A stretch of 64,000 nucleotides of DNA. Origin: Octopus sinensis (Eukaryota). Position numbers and translations under genes: made by a program. A model generated the notes under the pieces. That model was not told where the DNA came from and did not search any database. It saw only the letters and a program-made list of their open reading frames with translations. Positions within the stretch are counted from its first letter, which is position 1; the number at the start of each line of letters is the position of its first letter. The stretch spans positions 145,080,001-145,144,000 of the forward strand of contig NC_042998.1 of the NCBI RefSeq assembly GCF_006345805.1. The letters are read 5' to 3'. Below are positions 1-13,606 of the stretch, piece after piece.

Positions 1-1559
1 CACTTCTTCCTTTGAAGTAAGTGTGACACCACAGATATGTACAAAAAAAAACAACAAAAAATTAAGTGTATTAATATTATTGATTGAAGTAACTTTGTCA
101 TTATTAAGTTAGCATAGACCAACATAGAATTTTGGAACATAAATTAACGTCAAATTTTGATTGAAGGTTTTTATTTGATCACCATAAAACAGGAATTTGT
201 GTCATTAGACCCAGGGTCAGTATTCATGTGGATTGGGACCAAAAATGTTATTCACTAGAGCTGAGCTACTGTTGTTTTTATTTCCTGTGTTTTATTGAAA
301 CAGTAGTGAGGTCGCCATGTAACACATTCAACACAAAACAAAGAAAATGTCTCCCCACAGTGACTGTTGTGGTAAAGAAGGTGGTTGTTTTATGTCAGGT
401 GGTGAAAGGGACAGGCACAGGTGTCTTGTACAGTATTATGTAAGTGAGGATTTACAGTTGCATATTTCCACATTTCTTTGAGTGTCCTCAAATGATTTTA
501 TTGATGAGTAAATGATTGGTTTAATTTAGGTTTACAATTTTAAGAATATAATTCAATCAATGTTAATGATATTCATCTAAATAACTTTATAAATCATCTG
601 TCGCTGGTCCCTTGATCCTTTCTGTTGATACTTTTATAATTTTTTTGTTTCTTGTACTAAAAAAAAATCAAATAATGATTAAATTGATTGTCGTTTATGA
701 TAGCATAAAAATATTTGAACTGTATGCTATAAAAATCTTTTTTAAAAAAGTAATTTTTTTTTTGATCAATAAAATAAATTGTAATTAAATATAATTGATT
801 GCTTTAGGTTTCTGAACAGTATACTTAAAAAAAAAAAGAAAGATATTTATCATCTGTTAATAAAATACAATTAATTAAAATAAATGATGTAAATTTATTA
901 GAAAGTTGTAAGATCTTGTGCCCATGAAAGTTAACCATTCCTTTTTTGCCCTTCAATTGCAACTATTAAGATTTTTTGTGACTGTACAATATGAAAGTTG
1001 ATAGACAATGAATACTTTTTAAGAAGCTAACTGGAGATTGAATGATCTAATTGTATTTCTGAAGTGATGGTTTATAAATCCATTGTTAATTTAACCTTTT
1101 GTTACCAGAGTTTGTCTCAGGCAGTTTGGTATCAAAAGGGTTTAAAAATAAACATTTGCTGAGATGAATTGATGTAATATGACCAAGTGTGTCTACAATG
1201 GATCTGGTTGGTTATGTTTGTTCAGTTAAAACTGTTCACTTTATCTTTGGTCAAGAATTTATTATAATGTGAGTGGATTTGGAAGACAAAAAGTGAAGGC
1301 CATTGTATGTGTGTGTTTGTTTCCCTGCCCTCCATACACACTTGCAACCCCCTACTCACTCACATGCCCCATGTACTTTGATGGGTTGAGACTGGTGAGG
1401 GTGAAGCTGGTAAGAGATAAGAATAGTGGTGATGAGCTGTCAGGGTAGACCCTCTAAGAAATTTTTTCATTATTAAATTGGTGTTTAGAACATAAATGAA
1501 CATGGAATTTGATCATCACTGTCTGGAAAATTTTTAACCTACACATGCCATCCATCTCT

Positions 1560-2850
1560 GTCTTACAGTAATTAAGGGAGGTCTTCAAGGAGGCATCCTG
1601 TGTCTCTGGTGAATGATCTACATATGTTGTGCTCGAATGACCTGTTCGAGTATGGCTATGCTTTGGCAGCCATAGCAGTAGGTCACTTGCCAGCTCTTGT
1701 TTAGCTAGCTAGTAGTGTCTCACAAAGTGCAAGTGCCTTTCCCTTACAGTAGTGGAAACAGGCAGGTCTCCATACAGCTGCTTCTTGGTAGGATGAGTTC
1801 TCCAAGATTTAAAACTGCTCCTAACATTTGGGTTAAGTTTCATCTAGCTTGGATTCCAGTTTTTTGGTAAGCATCCAGGCAGTTGCTTCATAGAAAAGGA
1901 CTGACTTGACTGTTGTATGGAAAAGTTCCTATTAAGGATGTTTGACAGGGTTGATTTCCAAACAACATCCAGTTTGCATAGGGCTGACCATGCTTTGGTA
2001 GTCTGAGTTTTTACATCCTTTTCTGTTGAGGCTATCTCAGGACTGGAATATGTAAAATCATCCACTTGATTGGTGGGCATCCCCACTGATGCTGGTGATG
2101 GATCCTTGTTGATAGTGAGCAAGGAATTTGGTTTTACTAGGGTTAACAAGTAGTCCAACATTATGTGCAGCTAATTCTAGACTATGAAGTAATTGAGTGG
2201 AGAGTTCAATATTGTGTCAAGAGATCAAGGCAAAATCATCAGCATAAGCTACATAGGTTATTTTTGAAGCTGGCTATCTGATCAATTTTCTTTTCTTGTA
2301 TGTGAAACTGAGGTTGCCTAGATTGTCAAATAATGTTCTGAGGGGATAATCTAGAATGATTGCAAAGAGAAAAGGTGCCAATGTGTTTCCTGGGAGTACC
2401 CTGGCTCTGATATCAAAGAAACTTGTGTCTCCATCTGGGGACTTCACCATTGATTTGGTGTTCTTACAGTGCATCATAATTGCTGCTGTTGTTTCCTCAG
2501 GGATACCATACGCCAGCAGTATTTTTTTCATTTGACCATGGTGGATAGTCAAAATCCTTTGAGAAATCAACAAACAGTAATACTGCTTCAAGGTTTCTGG
2601 CTTTTCTCCTAGTAGATGAACTGTAAATATTTGTCCAACAGCTGATCCATTTTTTCTGAAGCCATTTTGATTTCTTCTCAAAACTCAATTTCTTGTATCC
2701 TGTTGAGTAGGAATGAATTATAAATTTTTTTTGCAGTGATGGCTGTAAGAGTGATGCCTCTGTAATTCTTTATGAGACCCAAATCACCTTCCTTTGGAAA
2801 TGGCAGTATGTTGCCTTCATTGTAGACTGTATTGCAGGAGCCTGGGAGAA
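1560..2850 (-). mobile_element. Decayed non-LTR retrotransposon RT fragment (RTE-like), frameshifted
   Basis: Minus-strand fragments PKEGDLGLIKNYRGITL, NQNGFRK, LLFVDFSKDFD, LLAYGIPEE...SPDGDTSFFDI...TLAPFLFAIILDY, YADDFALIS (~2220-2247), VDDFTY...KAWSAL. Boundaries approximate. Confidence 0.85.
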
Positions 2851-5682
2851 TTTTGATTGGTTTTAATTTAGATAGCTTAAAAACAAGAAGTTTGTATCTT
2901 AGAATCAGGGACTGTCTCAGGTGGGCTTGTATCAAAAGGGTTAAGTGGTGACTGAGTAAACCTACATTCAAATGTATATCAGTTGTGATCATCCTGTCTG
3001 AATGTCTAGGATTATATTGGCCATTGTTTTCTTGGTGTGATTTTGAGGGATTTGGGCTGCTATTTCTAGTATGTCAGGTGATTTTATAGAAGTTTTCTTA
3101 TTGAGTCTTTAATAGTTTACTGTCTACTGAACTCAGTAGAGTGAATCTTTGTAAATATCCATCTTCATTCAGATTTTGTCCCAATTAACTGATGTTCTAA
3201 TTAACCAATGGTCTAATTTAGAAAGAATGTATTCTGCTTGGATTTATTAGTCCTTAAAGTACTCTTTATGTAAACTAGCACAAGTAACTAAGATTCTGAA
3301 AACTTTATGCTTTTGTTTTATTTCTGTTGAAATAACACTGCTTTGGTTTCGATTAATTTTGAAAATAATGATTTAGTATAACTTTGTCATTATTAAGCTG
3401 GTGTTTGGAACATAAAATAAGATGAAATTTTGATAAAAATTTTAAATTCAAATCACTTTAACCCTTTTGATACCATATTTTGAATGAAGTATGCTGTCTT
3501 TGGTTGACTTCTGTGGTTGCTACTGAAGAGGAGAGAATTGCTTTTAGCTTTAAGCTTGTTGAGGAATTTATAATTACATTAAACAGTGAAGAGCATACAT
3601 ATCTTTTCATATAATTTTTTTTATTTATTTCCATGAGATAAAGTTCTTGAATTGTTGGTAGTTGTGCATAGTGCTAATTCATCCTCCTTATGGACTCTTC
3701 ACCATGACATAACTTGAGACTTGAAATTATCTTTATCTCTTAACTTTTATATGTTTCAGTCACTAGATTGCAACCTAACTGGGACACCACCTTGAAGAAT
3801 TTTAGTTAAATGAATCAGCCCCCGTACATATTTTTTTGTGCCTGGTACTTGTTCTATTGGTGTCTGTTGCCAAACTGCAAAGTTATGGGGCCGTAAATAA
3901 ACCAACACCCATTGTGAAGCAGTATTGGGGGACAAATGCAGACACAAAGCACAATTACTGAAAACGATATGATAAAGATTACATTAGAATATATTATTTA
4001 AAAATTAAAATATCATTAGTATGGTATTGAAAAACCTATTTTAAATTCTTTGAAAGAATTTCTTGTGTTTCTTTAGATTTGGTGTGATTTTCCCCATGCT
4101 ATTATTAGTGGATGATCCTACCATTTTTCAGTATAGTTCATCTGACTCTGTGTTCTGGGTTCAAATCCTGCTGAAGGCAACTTTTCATGGATGATAGAAC
4201 AAGTACCACTTAAAGGTGGAGGAATGATACAAGTGTAAGAGCATCAGACTGGATGTTTTCTGATAATTGTTTCTAGCTCTTTGTCTTCAATCCTACTCTG
4301 GTTGGTAGAATTAATCTGTTGAATAATCTGACATCACCACCTGTTGCAAGCATTTGGCTCAGGTTTTTTCAAGAATCTTTGGAAAAGGTTAAAGAGCAAC
4401 TCTGGAAATGACTCTGAAATCCAATCCTTGACTTGCATCATTGCGCGTGCATGCACACACACATACATACACGCTTGCACAAATTCATGCACACACATGT
4501 GTATGTCTGTAGGCATGGCTGTATTCATAAGAAGCTTGTTTTCCAGCTGCTTGGTTTTGGATTCTGTCCCTCTGCATGGCATCTTGGGCAGGTATCTTCT
4601 ATTATAGCTCTGAGCTGACCTAAGCCTTGTGAGTGGATTTAGTAGATGGAAACTGAAAGAAGCTCATTGTGTGTTAGTGTTCCCTTGCTGTAACATTGTG
4701 TGATAGTTTTAAATGCATCATTTGTTTCTAATCTTCTGTGAAAACCTAAGTGGTCATGTAAAATCATTACCTTAATTGGGAACAGATGAGGGTTGGTGAC
4801 AGGAAAGGATTCTCGTTGTAAAAAAAAAAAAAAGAAGAAATCTGCCACAAGAGATTCCACAAAAGATTCTGCCTGATGCATAGCAAGCATGGAAAAGGAT
4901 GCTTGAAAACAATAATGATGTGTGTGTGTGTATAGCTGTGTTGCTAAGAAGTTCACTTTTTAATCCTGTTCTTGGGTTCAGTTGCACAGAATGGTTTCTT
5001 GGGCAAGTGTTTTCTGCTATAAATGAAGGTTGGCCAGTGCATCAATCTTGTTTCCACTTCTCTCATAAGACTCTCATTAAAAATAAACTTTAAGTTTCAT
5101 GAAGTCTCCTACTCCATTTCAGTTTGTCTTGTTAGTTGGGTTATTTCTTGTTACAATGAATATTACAAACAGCTGTTTACTAATAAACTTTGAATAATTA
5201 ATCTGTTGACGAAAATTCTGTTCTCTCTAATGGATATTTTTTTTAATAAAAATCGATTTTTCACACCAAATTCTAAAGAATTCCCAGCTATTTTTTGTTT
5301 ATTTAATTAAGTATACTTTTTTGTTAGCATTTATTTTTAATGAGCTATGAACTAGAATAAAAAAAAATCTAACTCATTATTATTATCTGTTGAATATAAT
5401 TGACATATACCCAGGTAAACTGAGTCATCCATATTGATAAGATTTCTGCCCAGTAATGTTGATAGAATGTCTTGTAATTTGTATAAATGTCATTGTGGAA
5501 CCAATTCTGATAATGAAGATGGATTGACTAGTGTCAACCAAGATATGTATAGCCACACTCTCACATTATTGAATTAAAGAAATATAGATTATAAAAACAC
5601 CTGGTATCTGATTTAGCATTCATTTATTCATTTTATCTATTTATCTAGTTCTTCCTGCACATTCTCTTATCAACAGAAAACA

Positions 5683-5912
5683 TTAACCCTTTTGTTACCA
5701 ACCCGGCTAAAACTGGCTCTGGCTCTTTAGTATAAATGTCTTGCTTTCATAAGTTTTGAATTCAAATCTTCCACCAAATCTTAATTAAAATTTATATTCC
5801 TAACACTAGCTTAATGATAACAAAGTTAATTTACTAAATTCTTTGTTATAGTTAAAATAATTGAAAGAAACACAGAGCATCACAAAATAAATACAGTAAT
5901 TGAAAGGGTTAA
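5683..5912. mobile_element. piggyBac-like MITE (TTAA-CCCTTT...AAAGGG-TTAA); related partial copies near 80-250, 1091-1143, 2860-2944, 3320-3480, 30920-31140, 46085-46445, 50103-50290, 53587-53660
   Basis: TTAA duplication flanking inverted CCCTTT termini; shared internal string aactttgtcattattaagct.gtgtt.ggaacataaat in the other copies. Confidence 0.7.
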
Positions 5913-8900
5913 CTTGTTTGTGAAAGAGAAGTTGCTATTCTTGTTTAGACAAGAAATGGGCTTGGCTGAAAATAGATATGTACTGGTTGCAGTTATGAAT
6001 TGAGGTTCCTTTGACATAAAATTTGAAGTAAGGCAAATTGTGGTCATCCATACATGCAGACTTGTCCTTCACAGGTGCCAGTGCCACATGAAATGCACTC
6101 GTGTCAGTGGTGCACATGTGCTGGTGGCACGTATGAAGCACCCATACACTCTGTAAAGTGGTTGACATTAGGAAGGGCATCCAGCTGAAGAAACCATGCC
6201 ACAACAGACAACTGGGGTCTGAACAGCTCCTTCAAACCATCTAACCCATGCCAGCATGGAAAACAGATGTTGATGATGATAAATGGTACAAATATAAAAG
6301 TTAGAATTGGGAGAAAATGTTTGTCACAGTTTTAGAGGTTAACTACACTAGATTGTTGAAATGAGTTAGGAAGGTTACCTGTTGTTTATCGCATATGAAA
6401 GTTTGGTGTAACAAGTGGCAGAATTGTTGGAGTATTGGGAAAAATGCCTTGCAGTATTTCTTCTGACTGTTGACTGTTTATGTTCTGAGTTCACTTCCCT
6501 CTGTGGCTTTAATGAAACCATATGGGGCCAGCTGTTTAGACATAGATGATATGGCATAACTGACTGGACATTGAGCATGTCTTGCTGACAGTATTTAATG
6601 TGGTGCTGGAGGCAAACATATGCATGCATGCAGAAATGAGGGAGAGAGAGAGAGAGAATGAGAGAAACATTAAAACATCCTATGTGAAATAAATCTATAT
6701 TGGATCAGTGATCCCAAATGGCACCAAAATGTCTTCTCATACTCCTTGGTGGTAAATTTTGCTTTTCATCCTTTTGTAAGGGTCAATAAAATAAAGTGCC
6801 AGTCAAGTACTGGGGTTTATATATTCAACTACACCCTTCCCCCAATTTCAAGCCTTGCTTTTAGAGGTGGTGGTGAGATAAGCTTGTTTTTTAGTACACA
6901 TTTCTGTGACTTGACTATCTGCGGGTCAGCCCTGATTGAACTGGCTTCTAGTGTTCTGTTCGGTCTTTTTTTTCCAAATGTATTTAGAACTAAAATTATC
7001 CAACACATCCTTTTTGAAATGCGATAGGATATGGTTCGAAGGACATTTCTTTGTTTCTAGTATAGATGTTCTTTTCTTAGTTCATTCATTGTGATCTGAT
7101 TTTAGCTAATTGTGTAGTCTTTACATTTTCTCTTCTTTGTGGCAAAGACATACCCATTAACTTAGCTGATGACTAATTTATAATCTTTCTATGGATAATT
7201 AGTAAACTAAGTAAAATTACCATAATAATTTGGAAAAATATGATACATGTTCATCATCATTGTTTAACCATATAGCATTCAGATTGCTCTGCTAAATGCA
7301 GTGCTTTTTTATTCACAGTGTTTAGAATTAATCATGTATTGTCTCATAGCTTTGAGATTTTGATGATGTTATTGTCTGTGTTTGGAATGACATTGTAGCA
7401 TATGTGTGAGAGGCCAAATCTGGCCGATTTGAATGTAAAACAGGAAGAATATTTGAGCCAGATATGGCCTGATTAAATGCTAAAGGGTCAACATCTGCTT
7501 GGCATGCTAGCATGGGTTGGACAGTTTGGCAAGACCCTGCGAGCTGCAGGGCAATGTTGAGCACCAGTGTTAGCATAGGCATGGTTTCTGTGGCTGGATT
7601 CCCTTCTTAATGCTAACCACTTTACAGTGTGTACTGGGCACCTTTTTTGTGCCACTGGCAGAAGTGAGGTTACTGAGTGACTTGCAAAACTGAAAAAAGA
7701 ATAGGAAAAAGTGAAAAAGCCCCCTCAACTAAGTGTATGTGTGGTTATTTGAGAGGCAGGGAAGGTGGTTTCATGCTAGTTATTGAGAGGCTAAAGAACG
7801 ATACAGGGATAGACCCAGATGTCATGATTTAGAAGAGATATATAGCTACTTTGCATTATGTAATGATGGGAGTAGCTGGAAAGAAAATAAAGATGGTAGT
7901 GATGAGATGCCAGGGTATCTCAATATACAAAAAGCCGAGTATGAGAGGACAGTGGATCAGGGATGGGTAGAGAGGGGTAGTTTCATAGGATTGTAAGGGG
8001 GAAAGTAATGGACCCCCCCTTCTTTAACTCTTTAGCATTTAAACTAGCCAATTCCGGCCCAAATATTCTTCTTATTTATCTTCAAACTGGCTATATGTGG
8101 CCTCTCACACCTAACTCACTATGTCAAACAAACATATCATCAAAATCTTAAAGCTGCAAGATAATGATTAATACAAAACAATGTGAATAAAAATGCTTTA
8201 CATTAGACAATAATCTGAATGCTAAAGGGATTAGAATGCTGCTTGGTTTACCTGTACTCACTGATTTGAAGTCTATTTACAGGAGAATTTATTTATCATC
8301 ATCTTTGTTTTAACAATCTACTTCAACACACTTACATAGATTAGATGAGTGTTTTGAGGCAGGGTTTTTCTACAGTTTGATGTATTTCCTGTTGCCAACT
8401 CCTACTTGTTCCATGTTTCCAACTGAGGTAATAATCTCCTGGTCTGTTAAACCACAAACAACCCAGACATAGTTATGTGGAGAATTTGGAACCAATGACA
8501 CTGTAAGAACAAGCTTTTAGCTTACAAAGATACATTTTACGTTTTCCTTGTTTCACTCCTCTGATTGAGGCCATACTTGGACACTACCTTGAAGAATTTT
8601 AGTTGAATGAATCAACCCCAGTACTTTTTCAATTTTTAAGCCTGGTACTTAGTCTGTCTGTCTCTTGCTGAACCACTAAGTTACATGGATTTAAACACAC
8701 CAACATCGATTGTCAAGGGGTGATGGGGGGACAGATACAAATACACACACACACATAGATAAATATATATATATATATAGCACCGCAAGTCGATGACAAC
8801 ACTGCATGACTGGCACCCGTGCTGGTGGAACGTTAAAAGCACCATCCGGGTGTGATCATTGCCAGGGCCGCTGACTGGGCCCTGTGCTGGTGGCACATCA

Positions 8901-10581
8901 AAAGCACCATTCAAGCATGATCGTTACCAGCGTCACCTTACTAGCACTTGTACCGGTGGCATGTGAAAAACATTTGAGCAAGGTTGTTGCCAGTGGCGCT
9001 GGACTGGCTCCTGTGCAGGTAGCACATAAAAAACACCATTTGAGCGTGGCCATTGCCAGTACCACCTAACTGGCTCTCATGCTGGTGGCACGTAAAAGCA
9101 CCCATTACACTCTCAGAGTGGTTGGCGTTAGGAAGTGCATCCAGCTGTAGAAACTCTGCCAGATCAGATTGGAGCCTGGTGCAGCCATCTGGCTCGTCAA
9201 TCCTCAGTCAAACCATCCAACCATGCCAGCATGGAAAGCGAACGTTAAATGATGATGTATTTGACAGGCTTCCTTCAGTTTCTGTCTATCATATCCACTC
9301 ACAAGTCTTTGGTCAGCCTGAGGCTAAAGTAGAAGATACTTGCCTAAGATGTTGTGCAGTGGGACTGAATCTGGAAGGTTGGGAAACAAACTTCTTACCA
9401 CACAGCCACACTTGTGCCTAGTGTAACATTTGAAAACATATCAAGAAACTGGGACATGCTTTCACGTAGGGAAGACATTGCTTACAAGGGGAGCTTCTTT
9501 CAGTTTCCGTTTATGAAGCTTTTGTTTATGGGCTGCAGTAGCAGACACTTTATCCAAAGTGCCTTGTCATAGAACTAAACCTCAAACCATGCACTTGGGA
9601 AATGAACTTTTTAACCACTCAGCCATGCCTGTGCTTAAAATTCAATGCAAACCAATGAAAAAGAATTGATAAACATTTTTGCTACATTATAAAAACATTT
9701 GCTAATCCCTTTTTTTTTTTTTTCATTATCAAACTTTAACCAAAGTTCAGAATTAGTTTAGCAAATGAAATACTGTTTCTTAGGCAATGTTAATTTATGT
9801 AAGTTTTTATTTAAAACATTTTTAGTTTGGTTTCCAGTTTTGATTTTTGTTGTTTATATGTGAACTTGCTGTGACTGTTAGTATTTTGATATTTTCTTAA
9901 CAGCAAAACTAAAAAAAAACATTATTCTTCATGATGATGATAGTGAACATAGCTTCTTCCTTCCTCAAAATTTCTCTAAGCATTCTAATACATTTGTTGA
10001 AATCTTTTCTTTTTCCAGTTTTCTGTGAAATATTGTATTTTGTCATGTCTTATGTTTGGTCTTTATGTGATTTTCCTGTTTTGGATTTCACTTCCTGAAA
10101 TTTCTTCAACTTTTTTTTCTTTCATTCCTGTTTTCCTTCCTCTTAAAGTTTTTGCGTGTGTTTTTGGTGACATTACTAGGTTAAAACCGGAAATGATTTT
10201 TGTTAGATCACTATGAGGATTTTATATTTTAAACTGTTGATTTAAAAAAAAAAATTATTTTGTCTTCTTGGCTGTGTGGTTAATTTTGCTTCTCAAGCAC
10301 ATGATTTGTTTCAGTCTCACTGTGTGAGACCTGGGACCAATATCTTCTTCTATAGCCCTGGGTGAACCGAAGCCTTGTGAGTGGATTTGGTCAACAGAAA
10401 CTGAAGGAAACCCATTTGTGTGTGTGTGAGTGTGTGTATTACGGAGATGTACTTGCATAGCAAGTGACCTGATCTGAGATCGTGTGCTGGGATGAAAACA
10501 GTTGCAGCGTGGAAGGTGTTTATAAGCCATTTAAGAAACACACAAAAACCATTAGATTCACTTCAACATTTAAATTTAATT

Positions 10582-10693
10582 TGCCAAAATATTTTTGTCA
10601 CTTTGAGACCGTGACCTGTTCACTAACAAAATTCCGTGCTCGGAATGTTGCCAGTGAGCAGGTCGCGGTCTCAAAGCGACAAAAATATTTTGG
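10582..10693. repeat. Inverted repeat made of two hammerhead-like units
   Basis: Arms ~10584-10635 / 10642-10693; each reads GUGA(A/G)CA-G-GUCRC...GYGAC-AAAA-AUAU-UU with a closing stem I. Confidence 0.65.
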
Positions 10694-10712
10694 AGAGAGA
10701 GAGAGAGATATA

Positions 10713-11791
10713 TCAGGCTGAGTAAAAAGTAAGCAACATTTTGAAACATTTGAAATATATTTCAACAATGCAGAAATTTTATTCATCAAAGTAAGTACCA
10801 TTACAATCAACACATTTTTACCAACGAGTTACAAGTTTGTTTATTCTGGTAACAAAAATCTGGAGTTCTGATGAACTCTTTGAATGCACTTTCAGCATCG
10901 GTTTGATTTTTGAACTCCTTGCTGGAAACCATCAAGGTGCTTGAAAAAGTGGTAGTTGGTTAGAGAAAGGTCTGGGGAATAAGCTGGGTGGGGAAGAACT
11001 TCATAGCCAAGTTTCTTCAACTTCTGGAGCATCATTAATGAAATGTGTGGTTGAGCATTGTCATTGGCCCTCTTCTGTTGACCAGTCTGAGATGCAGGAG
11101 TATCAGTTTTTCATTCATTTTGGCAATTTCATGGCAATGTTTCTGCAGTAATAGTTTTTCTCAGTTTTAAGAAGTTATAGTGGAAGAGTCCAGCAGTACA
11201 CCAACAAACAATCAACATAACCTTCTTTTTGAAGAGCTCAGGTTTAAGGAAGGTTTTTGGTGCTTCATTTTGGTCTGTGCATTTTCTGATTTTCATTCAA
11301 ATTGTGTGGTACCCATTTGTCAAGGGTTTTTGATTTTCTGATTGCATGCAAATGGTTGCAGGCAGTTTTCTGGCTAATCTGAAGTTCTTTTTGCTAGTTC
11401 TTGAGTGGTTTCATGTGAATCTTTCTCAATGACAGTCTTTAATTGACCATCATCGATGACAGATGGGCTTCCACTATGCTCGCGTTTAAACCATTTTCTA
11501 GCTGACCACTCACTGGCCATTTCCTCACCAAATGTTTCATTGATATCGCGAGCAGTTTCAGCTGCTTTACATCCCTTTTTGAAGTTGAATATCATGCTTT
11601 GATAGTTCCATTTCAGATGATTGTAACAACTGTGAAAAAAAATATCAATGTTAATTTATTGATGCATTTGGGCAAGTCTATGTCTGTATTATCAGATAAT
11701 TTCAAAAAAATGTTTAAAAAAAATAAACTCAGCAAAGATCTGGTACAAATTCTCTATGGTTCAAAACATTGCTTACTTTTTACTCACCTGA
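10713..11791 (-). mobile_element. mariner (DD34D-type) DNA transposon relic with TIRs
   Basis: TIRs tcaggctgagtaaaaagtaagcaa / ttgcttactttttactcacctga. Minus strand encodes an HTH (FNFKKGCKAAETARDINETFGE...ARKWFKR) and VLPHPAYSPDLSLTNYHFFKHL (~10935-11000). Confidence 0.9.
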
Positions 11792-12069
11792 CATATATAC
11801 ATATATTACAATATAAACAAGATTCAGTTGAATACTCACAGCAATTTTTCGATAAATACCAACCTTGGTACAGAAGTACTGGCTGAATGATATTCGGGTG
11901 GTGTATGCAGTCAATTTGACCCAACTGAGTATATAATCTGCTCTTGAGCTATTCAGACTTGTACATTTTTTAGTGTCAAATCATTACAGCTGTTTCTAAT
12001 AAATTTTTAATTGATAAATGAGTACATTATATCATTTAGAAAAAAAAAACGTTTCCTTCAGATATTATA

Positions 12070-12116
<47 letters not shown>

Positions 12117-13590
12117 CAAAATAGATGAACATCAATGGAATCTGTATCTTTGTGGTACCAGTGCCGGTGGCACACAAGAGAACCATCCGAACGTGGCCGT
12201 AGCCAGTTCCGCATCGACCGGCCTCCGTGCTGTGGGCACCTAACAAACACCATCCGATCATGGCCGTTCGCCAGCCTCATCTGGCACCTGTGTCGGTGGC
12301 ACATAAAAACACCTTCCGAAGACCCGGCAAGACTAGTCAGTCCACCTGTGCATACCTTCCTTCTTGTGACACTTGTGAAGACCTGTTGAGGCAAGTGAAA
12401 ATCAAATTAAATCAAAATAGATAAACATCAATGGAATTTGTATCTTTGTGGTACCAGTGCCTGTGGCACACAAGAAATCCATCCGAACGTGGCCGTAGTC
12501 AGTACCGCATCGACTGGCCATCGTGCTGTGGGCACATAACAAACACCATCCGATCGTGGCCGTTCGCCAACCTCATCTAGCACCTGTGTCGATGGCACAT
12601 AAAAACACCATCCGAAGACCCGGCAAGACTAGTCAGGCCATATCCCATGGCCCCTACCTGGGACGTAGTCAGTCCACCTGTGCATACCTTCCTCCTTGTG
12701 ATACTTGTGAAGGCCTGTTGAGGCAAGTGAAAATGAAATCAAAACAAATCAAATCAAATCAAAACAAAACAAATCAAAATAGATGAACATTAATGGAATT
12801 GTATCTTTGTGGTACCAGTGCCGGTGGCACACAAGAAAACAATCCGAACGTGGCCGTAGCCAGTACCGCACCGACTGGCCTCCGTGCTGTGGGCACGTAA
12901 CAAACACCATCCGATCGTGGCTGTTCGCCAGCCTCATCTGGCACCTGTGTCGGTGGCACATAAAAACACCATCCGAAGACCCGGCAAGACTAGTCAGGCC
13001 ATAACCTGTGGCCCCTACCTGGGACGTAGTCAGTCCACCTGTGCATACCTTGCTTCTTGTGACACTTGTGAAGACCCGTTGAGGCAAGTGAAAATCAAAA
13101 CAAATCAAAATAGATGAACATCAATGGAGTTTGTATCTTTGTGGTACCAGTGCCGGTGGCACGTGGCACACAGAAAACCATCCGAACGTGGCCGTAGCCA
13201 GTACCGCATCGACTGGCCTCCATGCTGTGGGCACGTAACAAACACCATCCGATCGTGGCCGTTTGCCAGCCTCATCTGGCACCTGTGTCGGTGGCACATA
13301 AAAACACCATCCGAGCGTGGCCGTCTGCCAGCCTCGTCTGGCACCTGTGTCGGTGGCACATAAAAAACACCATCCGAGCGTGGCCGTTTGCCAGCCTCGT
13401 CTGGCACCTGTGTCGGTGGCACATAAAATCACCCACTACACTCTCGGAGTGGTTGGCGTTAGGAAGGGCATCCAGCTGTAGAAACACTGCCAGATCTGAC
13501 TGGACTGGTGCAGCTTTCGGGCTCCCCAGACCCCAGTTGAACCGTCCAACCCATGCTAGCATGGAAAGCGGACATTAAATGATGATGATA
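12117..13590 (+). repeat. Tandemly expanded 3' end of an RTE LINE (about 4 units of ~300-360 bp) ending in (GAT)n
   Basis: aaaatagat.aacat.aatgga recurs at ~12118, 12414, 12776, 13107; sequence matches the ORF end/3'UTR at 57293-57924. Confidence 0.88.
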
Positions 13591-13606
13591 TATATACATA
13601 CACACA

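Noticed and set aside
399-439. Candidate 5' non-coding SHMT exon (tcAG...GTaagt)
   Set aside because: Splice-like signals alone are common; no supporting evidence.
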